Of a stretch of DNA of 61,966 nucleotides, positions 27,829 through 38,023 are shown one piece after another. The stretch's first letter is position 1. Each line of letters starts with the position of its first letter. The position numbers were made by a program, and so were the translations under genes. This stretch comes from Pyrinomonadales bacterium (GTDB lineage Bacteria > Acidobacteriota > Blastocatellia > Pyrinomonadales > Pyrinomonadaceae), in the NCBI GenBank assembly GCA_038212235.1, contig JBBQUS010000032.1, forward strand, positions 1 through 61,966. Reading direction: 5' to 3'. Under the pieces are notes generated by a model. That model worked only from the letters and a program-made list of their open reading frames with translations, did no database searches and was not told the DNA's origin.

Positions 27829-28671
27829 ATGCAGTTAGGCGATTTTAGAATTGAAATTGTGCCGGATACTGAATTTCGGCTGGACGGCGGGGCGATGTTC
27901 GGCATCGTCCCGCGCGTTCTGTGGGAAAGAGTCGCGCCGCCCGACGAACTAAACCGCGTCCGGTTTGGCACTAACTGTTTGTTTGTCGAAACCGCCGGCG
28001 AACGGATTTTGATTGAAACCGGAATGGGCGAGAAATGGACTGAAAAGCAAGCAAAAATATACGCGGTCAATCGCCGGAAACCGTTTGCTGAAACCTTGTT
28101 TGAGCGCACAGGCTGCCAACCCGAAGATATTTCAATCGTCGTCAATACGCATCTGCATTTTGATCATTGCGGCGGCAACACCAAATTGGATCAAGCGGGC
28201 AATCTCATTCCGGCGTTCCCGAACGCCCGCTATTTTGTTTCTCAGTTCGAGTTTATTCACGCCGAAAATCCGACGGAGCGCGACCGCGCCAGCTATTTCC
28301 CCGAAAACTGGCAGCCGTTGATGGAAACGGGTCAGCTTGAATTAAAAGGCGATCTTTATGAGGTTGTGCCGAATTTTCGGATGGAAACGATGCGCGGACA
28401 CAATGAATTTATGCAGTGCGTGCGGATTACGAGCGGCGCAGAGACATTTTACAATTTCGCCGATTTGATTCCGACGCGGGCACATCTTCCACCCGCCTGG
28501 ATTATGGGCTACGATCTTTTTCCGCTCGACACCTTGGCAAACAAAAAATTTCTTTTGCCGCAGGCAGTTAAAGAAAACTGGCTCTGCTATTTTTATCACG
28601 ATCTTGATCATCCGCTTTGCCGTTTGATCGAAGAAAAAGGCAAGATAAAGGCAATAATTTATGAAGGCTAG
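27829..28671 (+). CDS. MBL-fold metallo-hydrolase
   Basis: VVNTHLHFDHCGGN (HxHxDH) motif. Confidence 0.8.
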   Translation: MQLGDFRIEIVPDTEFRLDGGAMFGIVPRVLWERVAPPDELNRVRFGTNCLFVETAGERILIETGMGEKWTEKQAKIYAVNRRKPFAETLFERTGCQPEDISIVVNTHLHFDHCGGNTKLDQAGNLIPAFPNARYFVSQFEFIHAENPTERDRASYFPENWQPLMETGQLELKGDLYEVVPNFRMETMRGHNEFMQCVRITSGAETFYNFADLIPTRAHLPPAWIMGYDLFPLDTLANKKFLLPQAVKENWLCYFYHDLDHPLCRLIEEKGKIKAIIYEG

Positions 28672-28861
28672 AACCATCGAAAAAGTAGTTTCCAAGGTGA
28701 ATTTAAAGGAACAGAACTCTGATTTTTCCTACTGGCAGTCAAAAAGTTACACGGAGAGACTCGCCGCTTTAGAAGAAATTCGTCGGGAATACAACGCTTG
28801 GAAATATGGCGATACTGAACAAAGATTTCAGAGAGTTTATCGAATCGCTCAACTTAAATAA
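28661..28861 (+). CDS. Small hypothetical protein (66 aa) upstream of hicA
   Basis: ORF only. AT-rich. Confidence 0.25.
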   Translation: MKARTIEKVVSKVNLKEQNSDFSYWQSKSYTERLAALEEIRREYNAWKYGDTEQRFQRVYRIAQLK

Positions 28862-28911
28862 AGTTAGCTGTTTGGTAAAAAGTCGGAAGTTGTGCATAAC
28901 TCGACTTAGAA

Positions 28912-29169
28912 ATGTCTAAAATTAGAAAAATTAGAGATAAACTTTTGGCTGGAAATGCTGATGCGAATATTGATTTCGTTGATTTATGCGGACTTTTGCA
29001 GAGTTATGGTTTTGACGAGCGTATCAAGGGCAGCCACCATATTTTTACGAAAAACGGTGTTGACGAAATTCTGAATTTGCAGTCAAAGGGATCGAAAGCA
29101 AAATCGTATCAAGTAAAACAAGCGCGCGAAATGATTTTGAAATACAAATTGGGAGACGATGATGAATAA
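28912..29169 (+). CDS. hicA: Type II toxin-antitoxin system HicA-family mRNA interferase toxin
   Basis: 85 aa with the YcfA/HicA GSHHIF motif. Overlaps hicB by 11 nt. Confidence 0.7.
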   Translation: MSKIRKIRDKLLAGNADANIDFVDLCGLLQSYGFDERIKGSHHIFTKNGVDEILNLQSKGSKAKSYQVKQAREMILKYKLGDDDE

Positions 29170-29371
29170 ATACGAGATTGTTATTTATTGGAGTGAAGGA
29201 GATAAAGCATTTATTGCTGAAGTTCCCGAACTTGCCGGTTGTGCGGCTGACGGCGAAACTTATCAGGAAGCATTAGCAAATGCTGAAATTGTTATCCAAG
29301 AATGGATTGAAACTGCCAGAGACGTTGGCAGAACGATTCCCGAACCAAAAGGCAGATTGGTTTTTGCTTGA
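29159..29371 (+). CDS. hicB: Type II toxin-antitoxin system HicB-family antitoxin (UPF0150)
   Basis: 70 aa. YEIVIYWSEGDKAFIAEVPELAGCAADGETYQEALANAEIVIQEWIE matches the HicB N-terminal domain. Confidence 0.7.
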   Translation: MMNKYEIVIYWSEGDKAFIAEVPELAGCAADGETYQEALANAEIVIQEWIETARDVGRTIPEPKGRLVFA

Positions 29372-29375
29372 TTTT

Positions 29376-29687
29376 ATGGACAGCGAGGGATTTCCAAAGC
29401 TTATATTACTCGATTGGCAAGAAGATGATGAGTGGTTAATCAGGAGCAAGGGCTGGTTTTGTCATAATCAAGTTGAGCTTTCTAACGGCAACCGCTATCA
29501 AATTTGTTTTTACGATAAGGCAAGATTGGGTCAAGAATTGGACGATAATGTAAAAAATGGGAAGCCGTTTTTTATCGAAGATGCGTTAATTATTTTATCT
29601 GAAATAACAGTTGAAAATATGAAGGCAGCAATTACAGAAGCTGAAAAGCAAGGATTTTTTGAAAACATAAAGTCTGTTCAGTTATAA
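29376..29687 (+). CDS. Hypothetical protein (104 aa) immediately downstream of hicB
   Basis: ORF with ATG 5 nt after the hicB stop. AT-rich. No motif recognised. Confidence 0.35.
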   Translation: MDSEGFPKLILLDWQEDDEWLIRSKGWFCHNQVELSNGNRYQICFYDKARLGQELDDNVKNGKPFFIEDALIILSEITVENMKAAITEAEKQGFFENIKSVQL

Positions 29688-29690
29688 ATC

Positions 29691-30578
29691 ATGGAACAAG
29701 TAAAAATCGGAATTATCGGCGGCAGCGGTTTGTACCAGATGCCGGAACTTAGGAATGTCAGAGAACTTGAAGTCGAGACGCCGTTTGGCGCGCCGTCCGA
29801 TGCCTTTATTATTGGCGAACTCGAAAATGTGACGGTCGCTTTTTTGCCGCGCCACGCTCGCGGACATAAACTTCTGCCAACCGAACTGCCGTTTAGAGCC
29901 AACATTTATGCGATGAAGCTGCTCGGAATCGAATATATCCTATCGGTTTCCGCCGTCGGATCGTTGCAGGAGAAATACGCGCCGACCGATATGGTAATTC
30001 CCGACCAGTTTTTTGACCGGACGCGCGCCCGCGCCGCAGAATCAACGTTTTTCGGGCAGGGAATTGTCGCTCACATTACGTTTTCGCATCCGGTTTGCAA
30101 CGAGCTTGGCGATATTTTAGAAGAGGCGTGCAAAACGGTTGATGTCAATGTTCATCGAGGCGGAACTTATCTCTGCATGGAAGGCCCGGCATTTTCGACC
30201 AAGGCGGAATCAAACGTTTACCGGCAGTGGGGCATGGACATTATCGGAATGACCAATTTGCAGGAAGCAAAACTCGCTCGCGAAGCCGAGATTGCTTATG
30301 CGACGCTCGCGCTCGTCACCGATTACGATTGCTGGCACGAAGGACATGATTCGGTTTCGGTTGAAATGGTCGTCGAATATCTGCACAAAAACGTCCGCAA
30401 CGCGCAGCTTATCCTAAAAGATGCGGTAAAACGTGTTGCCGCCAAAGAAACTCCGAACCAATACGCAGGCACAACCAAAAACGCGATCTTCACGCAGCCC
30501 GAATTTTGGAACCAGGCGACGGCGAAAAAACTCGAAGCAATTATTGGTAAATACTCGCCCGGACAGTCAACAGATTAG
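29691..30578 (+). CDS. mtnP: S-methyl-5'-thioadenosine phosphorylase (PNP family II)
   Basis: [11 protein letters not shown]-terminus and MTAP-type conserved blocks throughout. 295 aa. Confidence 0.8.
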   Translation: MEQVKIGIIGGSGLYQMPELRNVRELEVETPFGAPSDAFIIGELENVTVAFLPRHARGHKLLPTELPFRANIYAMKLLGIEYILSVSAVGSLQEKYAPTDMVIPDQFFDRTRARAAESTFFGQGIVAHITFSHPVCNELGDILEEACKTVDVNVHRGGTYLCMEGPAFSTKAESNVYRQWGMDIIGMTNLQEAKLAREAEIAYATLALVTDYDCWHEGHDSVSVEMVVEYLHKNVRNAQLILKDAVKRVAAKETPNQYAGTTKNAIFTQPEFWNQATAKKLEAIIGKYSPGQSTD

Positions 30579-30628
30579 CAGTCCACAGTCAGCAAAACTA
30601 TCCACAGATTAGCGGCATCATATGGGCT

Positions 30629-31108
30629 ATGAAGAAAACATTTTTAATTTTTACCTTCGCAGTTTTGAGCATTTTGGCTTTTAATTTTTCTGTTTCTGCC
30701 CAAGGGCGAACAGTCGAGCCGAAAATCCAGCGCGATCCGGTTTTAGAACAGGACGCGATGAAGAATCTGGAAGTCGCACGACAGTATTATACGACCAAGA
30801 AAGCGTACAAAGCCGTTGTTTTGCGGCTTGATGAAGTGATTGCCGCGTATCCGGAATTTTCCCGGATGGACGAGGTTTTATATTTATTCGGAACCAGTAA
30901 TCTGTATTTGTCTCAAGGCAAAGGCAAGCAGAAAATTGATTTGACAAAACTTTCTCCCGCCGACAAAGAAAGATTCGCGCCCGAAAGACTTAAAGAAGAT
31001 GCCGTCGCTAACTTGAATTTGCTCGTCGAAAAATTTCCCGACAGCGAATATGCCAAAAGAGCGAAAGAGACATTGAAGGAAATTGATCCTCAGCCGGCTT
31101 CGAAGTAA
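30629..31108 (+). CDS. Secreted TPR-like protein (BamD/YfiO-like fold?), hypothetical
   Basis: Signal peptide followed by a helical repeat composition. Confidence 0.4.
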   Translation: MKKTFLIFTFAVLSILAFNFSVSAQGRTVEPKIQRDPVLEQDAMKNLEVARQYYTTKKAYKAVVLRLDEVIAAYPEFSRMDEVLYLFGTSNLYLSQGKGKQKIDLTKLSPADKERFAPERLKEDAVANLNLLVEKFPDSEYAKRAKETLKEIDPQPASK

Positions 31109-31181
31109 ATCTGATTCAGATTGACGAGAAAAAAACCTTAAAATTATAAAATTTTATTAGAGCAGGAGTTTATTAAAGAAA

Positions 31182-32126
31182 ATGTCTTTAACAGTTGTTG
31201 GTTCAATGGCGTTTGACGCGGTGGAGACGCCGTTTGGAAAACGCGAACGGATGCTCGGCGGAGCCGCCACGCATTTTTCTTTGTCGGCGAGTAATTTCGC
31301 GGACGTGCGAATGGTCGGAGTCGTCGGAGACGATTTCGGCGCGGCAGAATTTGATTTGCTGCATTCAAAAAACATTAACACAGACGATGTTGAGCGAGTG
31401 GCGGGCGGCAAAACGTTTTTTTGGAGCGGGCGTTACGATTTTGATTTAAACACGGCGCACACGCTTGTAACCGAACTCAATGTTTTTGAGACTTTTGAGC
31501 CGAAACTTTCGGCGGAATCGAGAGGGTCAGAATTTGTCTTTTTGGCAAACATCTTTCCGACCACGCAGAAACAAGTCCGTGAACAATGCGAAAACGCCCA
31601 ATTTGTCGCAATGGACACGATGAATTATTGGATTTCTTCGATGAAAGACGCCGTTATTGAAACCGTCAAAGTCGTTGATTGCGTGATTATCAACGATGCC
31701 GAAGCGCGCCAGTTGGCAGACGAGTCAAACATTCACAAAGCGGCGAAAAAGATTATTGAAATCGGCGATCTCAAAGCCTTGGTGATCAAACGCGGCGAAT
31801 ATGGTGCAGCACTTTTCACTAAAGACAGCTATTTTGCGATTCCGGCCTTTCCGCTCGAATCGGTTTTTGATCCGACCGGCGCGGGCGACACTTTCGCCGG
31901 TGGTTTTATGGGTTATCTCGCCAGCCAGAAAACGATTGACGAAGCGACGATGCGCCGCGCGATGATTTTCGGCTCGGTGATGGCTTCATTTAACGTCGAA
32001 GAGTTTGGAACCGAACGCGTCTCGCGATTAACGCACGGCGAAATCAACGAGCGATTCCGCAAATTCAAACAAATTACGCATTTCGAAGAAGTTCTCTTTG
32101 AACGCGCGACGCAAACGGCCGTTTAG
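31182..32126 (+). CDS. PfkB-family carbohydrate/nucleoside kinase
   Basis: DPTGAGDTFAGGFMGYL PfkB signature 2. N-terminal GG (LGGAATHFS). Confidence 0.75.
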   Translation: MSLTVVGSMAFDAVETPFGKRERMLGGAATHFSLSASNFADVRMVGVVGDDFGAAEFDLLHSKNINTDDVERVAGGKTFFWSGRYDFDLNTAHTLVTELNVFETFEPKLSAESRGSEFVFLANIFPTTQKQVREQCENAQFVAMDTMNYWISSMKDAVIETVKVVDCVIINDAEARQLADESNIHKAAKKIIEIGDLKALVIKRGEYGAALFTKDSYFAIPAFPLESVFDPTGAGDTFAGGFMGYLASQKTIDEATMRRAMIFGSVMASFNVEEFGTERVSRLTHGEINERFRKFKQITHFEEVLFERATQTAV

Positions 32127-32168
32127 AAATATGCTTTGAACCGCCCGCTGCCGCAGGCGGTTCAAACT

Positions 32169-33353
32169 TTATTGTAGTTTGATAATTGTTTCCGCAGGTG
32201 ATTTTAGTTGGTACAAAATTCCGCGCCAGAGAATTTGACGGGAAAAAGCAGCGCACAGAGAATTGTAAAAATAAAGCGCGGGCGTAATCGTCCAAAGAGT
32301 TAACTGCCAGAACGCGGAGTGGTTCAATTGGTGACGGTAATTTGGTAGAACCAGTTTGACGGCTTTCAGACGAAGCCAGGCTTTGAGAGCGCCGAGCGCG
32401 AAAATAATCGTTAAAAAGGCGAGCGGCAGCCAAAATGACAAACCCGAAAACGCCCGAAAAATTGTCAGAAAAACGCCCGTCCAGAAAATTGCGGTGAATA
32501 AAAAGCTGCCAATCAGCGAAGCTTTCCATAAACGCCGAGCGTAAACGCGGGTGATTTTCATCTGTCTGGTTGAAAATTCGAGCAATTCTCGCAAGGTGCA
32601 GTCTTCGACCGAAGCGGTCAAGCAGTTCGGGACAAAATAGATTGGAAGTTTGGCGTTTTGCAGAACGTTTGTCAGAGCAAAATCGTCGGAGGCCGTCCCG
32701 TTCCATTTTTCCCTCATGTCGAACTGCTCAAAAGTCTCCCGGCGAATCGCGGTCGCGCCGCCCCAGCAAAAGTTTTTTTCAGTTTTTGCGCCCAGTGCCG
32801 ACGCAATCGAAGCGTTCCAGACGGCACGCAATTCCGAGGCAAAACTGCCGCGCGTGGAAATAAACCAGCGATAACCCGTCGCCGCACCGATTTTTTCATC
32901 CTCGAGCGGCGCGACGAGGAAACGCAGCCAGTTTTCATCTGGTCTGGCGTCAGAATCAACAAACACCAAAACCTCGCTCTGCCGGTCAATTTCCAAAACT
33001 CCTTGCCGCAGGTTGTGAACTTTTTGCCCGCAATTCGCCGCTTTTCCGGCAACGACGAGTTTTGAGTTTGACTGCGCAACCGCTTGAATTACCGAAACCG
33101 CCGCGTCATGTTCGTCGTCAACCACGAAAATAATTTCGTAAGCCGGATAAACCTGCTGAAAGAGCGCGGCGAGATTTTCGCGCAAACCTTCGTCCAATCC
33201 GCGACACGGGGCGATAATCGAAACATAAGGAGCAAAGTTGGACAGAGGTTTGGCAATCTCTTGTTTGAAGTAGGCGAGAAATCGAAAACCACCGCGCAGA
33301 GACAGCGCGCCGAGCCAAACCATCAGCGCGGCACTTAAATAAAAAACGAGCAT
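32169..33353 (-). CDS. GT2-family membrane glycosyltransferase (ceramide glucosyltransferase/HpnI-like)
   Basis: N-terminal TM. IIAPCRG...VVDDEHD...VDSDARP (DxD)...CWGGATAIRRETF. C-terminal TM helices. Confidence 0.7.
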   Translation of the reverse strand: MLVFYLSAALMVWLGALSLRGGFRFLAYFKQEIAKPLSNFAPYVSIIAPCRGLDEGLRENLAALFQQVYPAYEIIFVVDDEHDAAVSVIQAVAQSNSKLVVAGKAANCGQKVHNLRQGVLEIDRQSEVLVFVDSDARPDENWLRFLVAPLEDEKIGAATGYRWFISTRGSFASELRAVWNASIASALGAKTEKNFCWGGATAIRRETFEQFDMREKWNGTASDDFALTNVLQNAKLPIYFVPNCLTASVEDCTLRELLEFSTRQMKITRVYARRLWKASLIGSFLFTAIFWTGVFLTIFRAFSGLSFWLPLAFLTIIFALGALKAWLRLKAVKLVLPNYRHQLNHSAFWQLTLWTITPALYFYNSLCAAFSRQILWRGILYQLKSPAETIIKLQ

Positions 33354-33356
33354 TTT

Positions 33357-34919
33357 TTAGTTCCAGAATTTGAGACTTGGCCAAATCTCGGGCAGAGGCT
33401 TTTTAGCTCCGCGACAAACGAGGATTTTGTATTTCTCATAACTCATCGAATACGGAGAGTTGACTTCGGTTTTTTCTTCAACGCTCTCAAATTGTTTTTC
33501 GGCTTCAGCGCGGTTTGCGCCAAGAATTATCATTGTTTCGCCATTATAATCACGCGGCCCCCAGAGAAAATAACTCTGATGCGGGCTGATTGATTTGGGC
33601 AAACCGTATTTTCCGCCAAAAAAATCTATTGCTCCGGCTTCCCCATAATTACCGGCGAAAATAGCGGTTCGCGCTCGTTCTTCCGGCGGCAGCGTGTTAT
33701 AAACTTCGGCTACTTTCTCGACCATCTCCGGCCATCCGAGCTGGTCGGCGAAAATCTGCGGCAGGATGCTGTCAAACGACACTTCTGATTTAGGCGGTTT
33801 GATTCCGAGCGTTTCCTGGTATTTGATAAATGTTTCAATCGGCAAAATCGGCAGCACGAGCGGCATGGCAATGATGCCCATCGCAATTATTGGAACTGGC
33901 AAAACAAACTTTAAAAATCGCGCAATCCGAATCTTTGCCATCAGATTTTCCCACCAGACGCCGCCGGCAGCAAAAAGCATCGGATAAATCGGCACCAGAT
34001 AATAATCTTTGGCTTTTAAGAAAATCATCAGCGCGAGCGTCACAAGATATGCAATGCCAAGAAAACGGAACTTCCTGCCTGCTTTGTCAGCCAGTAAATA
34101 CCAGAGACCGGCAATCCAGACGTAGGCGGTAAAGGGAAGCAAAGTAAAGATTTGCTGCCAGATGAAAGCGGGCGGCGACATGACCACGTTTTTGCCTGAC
34201 TTCTGCACGTTTTGCAGCAGTTCTAAGGTCGCCCAGTTATTTTGTTGTTCCCAGATAATATTCGGAAGAAAAATCAAAAACGCGATTGCGCCGCCAATCC
34301 AGAGCCATTTATCAAGAAAAACTCGTCGCGCCGAAGTAAGAAGTAAACCCGTGACGAGAGCAAAACCGAAAAAGAGCATGGTGTGTTTGTTCATCAGGCC
34401 CAGACCGGCAAACAACCCGAACCAAAGCCAGTAGCGTGAATCTTCACGTTTAATCGCCAGGATTGCAAAGTACGCGCAGGCCATCCAGAAAACCGGCTCA
34501 AAAGTATTCATGGCGAGTAAATCGTCAATTGCCAGATAAACCGGCGCGAAGATTACGCACAAACATGACAAGACGACCGCGAATCGCCCGCCGCCGAATT
34601 CTTTAACCAGCAGCGTGGTCAGGAAAACCTTAACCGCGCCGGAGAGCGCCGGAAAAAACCTGATTGCGAAAAGTGAATCGCCGAGCAACGCGCGGCTAAA
34701 TTTGGCAACGAACGCAATCAGCGGCGCGTGATCCGGATAGCCCCACGCCAGATGTTCGCCGCACGCGATAAAATATAATTCGTCGCGAAAATAGCCGTAA
34801 TTGCTGTTAAAAGCAAAATGAAGAAATAATTTGAAAAGTGCGAAATACACGCCCAAGGCAATCGGGCTGAGCCAACGATTTTCAAACGGTGCTGGATGGA
34901 AGCCGGAAGTTTCTTTCAT
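33357..34919 (-). CDS. GT-C fold glycosyltransferase (ArnT/PMT_2 family)
   Basis: Polytopic. RDELYF acidic motif in the first loop. 520 aa. 3-nt gap to the downstream GT2. Confidence 0.65.
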   Translation of the reverse strand: MKETSGFHPAPFENRWLSPIALGVYFALFKLFLHFAFNSNYGYFRDELYFIACGEHLAWGYPDHAPLIAFVAKFSRALLGDSLFAIRFFPALSGAVKVFLTTLLVKEFGGGRFAVVLSCLCVIFAPVYLAIDDLLAMNTFEPVFWMACAYFAILAIKREDSRYWLWFGLFAGLGLMNKHTMLFFGFALVTGLLLTSARRVFLDKWLWIGGAIAFLIFLPNIIWEQQNNWATLELLQNVQKSGKNVVMSPPAFIWQQIFTLLPFTAYVWIAGLWYLLADKAGRKFRFLGIAYLVTLALMIFLKAKDYYLVPIYPMLFAAGGVWWENLMAKIRIARFLKFVLPVPIIAMGIIAMPLVLPILPIETFIKYQETLGIKPPKSEVSFDSILPQIFADQLGWPEMVEKVAEVYNTLPPEERARTAIFAGNYGEAGAIDFFGGKYGLPKSISPHQSYFLWGPRDYNGETMIILGANRAEAEKQFESVEEKTEVNSPYSMSYEKYKILVCRGAKKPLPEIWPSLKFWN

Positions 34920-34962
34920 GCTCGGATTGACGTCGCTGGAAAAGCAAAAGTCTGCTTCTTAA

Positions 34963-35763
34963 CTATTTAAGAATATTAACTAACTCGGTCTTTTTATTTT
35001 TCTTTGCCCAGTCGAGCGCTGTGTTGCCTTTAGAATCTTTTAAATCTTTTTTGGCTCCGGCTTTTAAAAGCGCGGCGGCAATCTCCGGATATCCTTCGGA
35101 AGCCGCATAAAGCAGGGCCGTTCCGCCTGTCTTTGATTGCTGGTTGACGTTTGCCCCGCGCTTGATGAGTTCCTGGAGAGTGTTCAAATCGCCATTGACG
35201 GCAGCGGCTATGAGAGGTGATTCGCCGCCTTTCTCAATTTTGTTAACGTCGGCTCCGCGCTCCAGAAATTTTGCCGCGATGTCCGCCCGATTGGCATTAA
35301 CCGCAATGTAGAGCGGCGTTTGATCGTCTTTTCCGGAAATATTGATATCAGCTTTGGCATTGAGCAGCAAATCTACCAGATCTTCTTTAGTGGCGACAGT
35401 CGCCAGTGTGAGAGGCGTGTCACCAATCTTATTTTTGAGATTTGGATCAGCTTTGCCATTCAGCAGCGCTTTTACTATTTTCGCATCGCCCTGTTCAACT
35501 GCGGCAGTGAGAACGCTTTCACCGCCGCCGCTCTTTGTGTCGGGACTCATTCCGGCGGCCACAAAACCGTTGACTGCTCGCAGATCGCTTTGTCTGATGG
35601 CTTCGAAAAACGAGCTTTCATCAAATTTATAACCGCGCAAAGTCAAATCGTTGCGCGCGGCTTCTGGCGTCGGACGGTCGTCCGACGCGCTCTGCTGGCA
35701 GGCGGGGAATAAAATTGCGGTCAAAACAACGAGCAAAAAAAACAGCCTGAATTTGTTGTTCAT
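34963..35763 (-). CDS. Ankyrin-repeat lipoprotein
   Basis: Lipobox LFPAC. At least 5 ANK repeats (TPLxxAxxxxxxxxVxxLLxxGAD). Confidence 0.75.
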   Translation of the reverse strand: MNNKFRLFFLLVVLTAILFPACQQSASDDRPTPEAARNDLTLRGYKFDESSFFEAIRQSDLRAVNGFVAAGMSPDTKSGGGESVLTAAVEQGDAKIVKALLNGKADPNLKNKIGDTPLTLATVATKEDLVDLLLNAKADINISGKDDQTPLYIAVNANRADIAAKFLERGADVNKIEKGGESPLIAAAVNGDLNTLQELIKRGANVNQQSKTGGTALLYAASEGYPEIAAALLKAGAKKDLKDSKGNTALDWAKKNKKTELVNILK

Positions 35764-36008
35764 TCATTTTTTGAAAGACGAAATTTAAATTTATTTGTCT
35801 CCAGCAACGTTAACATAAATCAATGCTTCAAACAGGTCTGGCGGAGAATCAAAATTCTAGCTTAAAAACCGAAATTCGGCTACAATGCGGGCGCGGATTA
35901 CAGACCTCTCAACCTAAGCTTAAAAGTTTGCTGTCAAAGCCCTCATAAAACTGGAAAGACCGGGTTTTATTACAGTTAGAAACAGAATCACAAAGGAGTT
36001 TCCGAGAG

Positions 36009-37952
36009 ATGTTCGCAAAAAAGAAGTTCGTCCTTTTACTTGCCGCCGCAATATTCTGCGGAGTTTGGGAAGCTGCGCCTGATCTGCTTGAGATGAAAAC
36101 GGTCAGCGCCCAAAACGCGAGCGGCGAGTCTGCAAACATCGCCTCAAAAAGCACGACGGAAAAACCGGCAGACGCGAAAAAGGATGATGTTTCGCCCGAG
36201 GTTAAAGAAAAGGCGATTAAATTATTAGTCGCCGTCTCACAGGAAACGCAGCAATTTGCCGCGCCGCGCAACCGCATCAGGGGTCAGATATTCGCCGCCA
36301 ATTTGCTTTGGGAGCACGATGAACCGGCGGCCAGAGTGTTGTTTCAAAACGCTTTGGGCGAGTTGGGAGAACTTTTTAACAATTTAGCTCTCATTAACGA
36401 GGGCGAAAATGAAACCGAAGGCCAGGATTACTCAAAGCGTTATGCGATAGGAGAATTACGCCGCGAATTTTTGCTAACGCTGGCGGCGCACGATCCGAAA
36501 GCCTCGCTCGCCGCCCTGCAAGCTTTGCGGTCGCAAACAATTGCTTCCAAAGAAGAATACGATCCGCTCAAAGACGACGAACTGGAACTGCAAATCGCTT
36601 CGACGGTTTCCAAAAAAGATCCGCAGCAGGCTTATGAACTGGCCGCAAAAAATTTGAAGGAGGGAATAACCTATAATACGACGACAACTCTTTCGGATTT
36701 GTACAAAAACAACCCGGAACTTGGAGCCAAACTCGCCCGCGACATTCTCACCAAAATCAAAGCCAGCCGAATTCGTCCGTCCGCCGTCAACGTCAACAGC
36801 AACACGAGCTTGACCTCTAATATTAACAGCGGATCAGCCGCTGCCGGTGCTTCAACTTTTATTGATTTGAGTCAGGTCGTCCAGTTTATGACAACGGCTG
36901 AACAGCTTAACCGCCGGACGGCGCAGGGAAAAGATAAGAAAATTCCGGCCTTGACGGACGGCGAAATGCGCGAACTCGCCGATTTTATCGGACAAAGTTT
37001 TAACCGCCAGCAAGCGCCCGAACCGTGGGCGATTGCTTCGACCATGCCGCTCATCACCAAATATTCGCCGACCGCTGCACAGCTGATTCGTCGCAAGCTC
37101 AATCCGCAACAGCTTCAAACGCTCGACACCTATAGCGAGGCAGGAGGTTATGACGAAGATCACGACACCAAAACTCCTGACGAAATGGTTGCCGACGCCG
37201 AAAAAATAACGGTTCCGACCGTTCGCGATGCGCGCTTTGCCGAAGCCGCTCATAAAGCTCTCGAGCAGGACGATCTTGAAAAAGCCACCGAAATCTCAGG
37301 CAAAATTAAGGACAAAACTTCTTACGCGTACATTTTCGACGAGCTTAAAACGACCGCGCCGCTGATCAAAGCCCGGCACGGCGATGTTGCCGAGGTGCGC
37401 AAAATGCTGGCAACCATCAAAAGCGACGACGAAAGAGTCGCGACGCTCACTGAATTAGTCGTTGCTTTAGCAAAAAAAGGCGATAAAGAGGTGGCTGAGA
37501 AATTGATGGACGAAGCCAACCAATTTTTGCCTGCGCGTCTAAAGCGCAAACCTAATCTTGAAACGACACTGAAAATCGGCGCCGCTTATGCCCAGGTTCA
37601 ACCGGCCAGAGGATTTAATTTGATTGAAAACAGTATTTTGCAGATGAACGATTTGATTGCGGCAGGTTTGATGATTGATGAGTTTTACGATTACGGAACG
37701 ATGGATTCGGACGAAGTTCTCTTTGACACGATGGAAAGGCAAGGCGTGTTGCACGCGACCAACGCCGTGGCGACTATCAAAACGCTGGCAGCAGTAGATT
37801 TTGATCGCACAGTAGGTCTGGCGGATAAATTTGCGCGTCCGGAAATTCGGACATTTGTGCGTTTAAAAATCGCTGAAGCGCTGCTTGACCCCGAGGCCGT
37901 CGAACATGAAAAAACTTTGCGTGAACAACAAAGCGAACGCGATGTTGATTAA
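36009..37952 (+). CDS. Large secreted hypothetical protein (647 aa), alpha-helical
   Basis: Signal peptide. No recognisable motif. Gln/Ala/Glu-rich helical composition. Confidence 0.5.
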   Translation: MFAKKKFVLLLAAAIFCGVWEAAPDLLEMKTVSAQNASGESANIASKSTTEKPADAKKDDVSPEVKEKAIKLLVAVSQETQQFAAPRNRIRGQIFAANLLWEHDEPAARVLFQNALGELGELFNNLALINEGENETEGQDYSKRYAIGELRREFLLTLAAHDPKASLAALQALRSQTIASKEEYDPLKDDELELQIASTVSKKDPQQAYELAAKNLKEGITYNTTTTLSDLYKNNPELGAKLARDILTKIKASRIRPSAVNVNSNTSLTSNINSGSAAAGASTFIDLSQVVQFMTTAEQLNRRTAQGKDKKIPALTDGEMRELADFIGQSFNRQQAPEPWAIASTMPLITKYSPTAAQLIRRKLNPQQLQTLDTYSEAGGYDEDHDTKTPDEMVADAEKITVPTVRDARFAEAAHKALEQDDLEKATEISGKIKDKTSYAYIFDELKTTAPLIKARHGDVAEVRKMLATIKSDDERVATLTELVVALAKKGDKEVAEKLMDEANQFLPARLKRKPNLETTLKIGAAYAQVQPARGFNLIENSILQMNDLIAAGLMIDEFYDYGTMDSDEVLFDTMERQGVLHATNAVATIKTLAAVDFDRTVGLADKFARPEIRTFVRLKIAEALLDPEAVEHEKTLREQQSERDVD

Positions 37953-38023
37953 CCGACGATAGGATTTATTAAATCGAGGAAAACCTGCTAATCAGCGGAG
38001 GCACAGTGATTTCGGCAGTCAAT

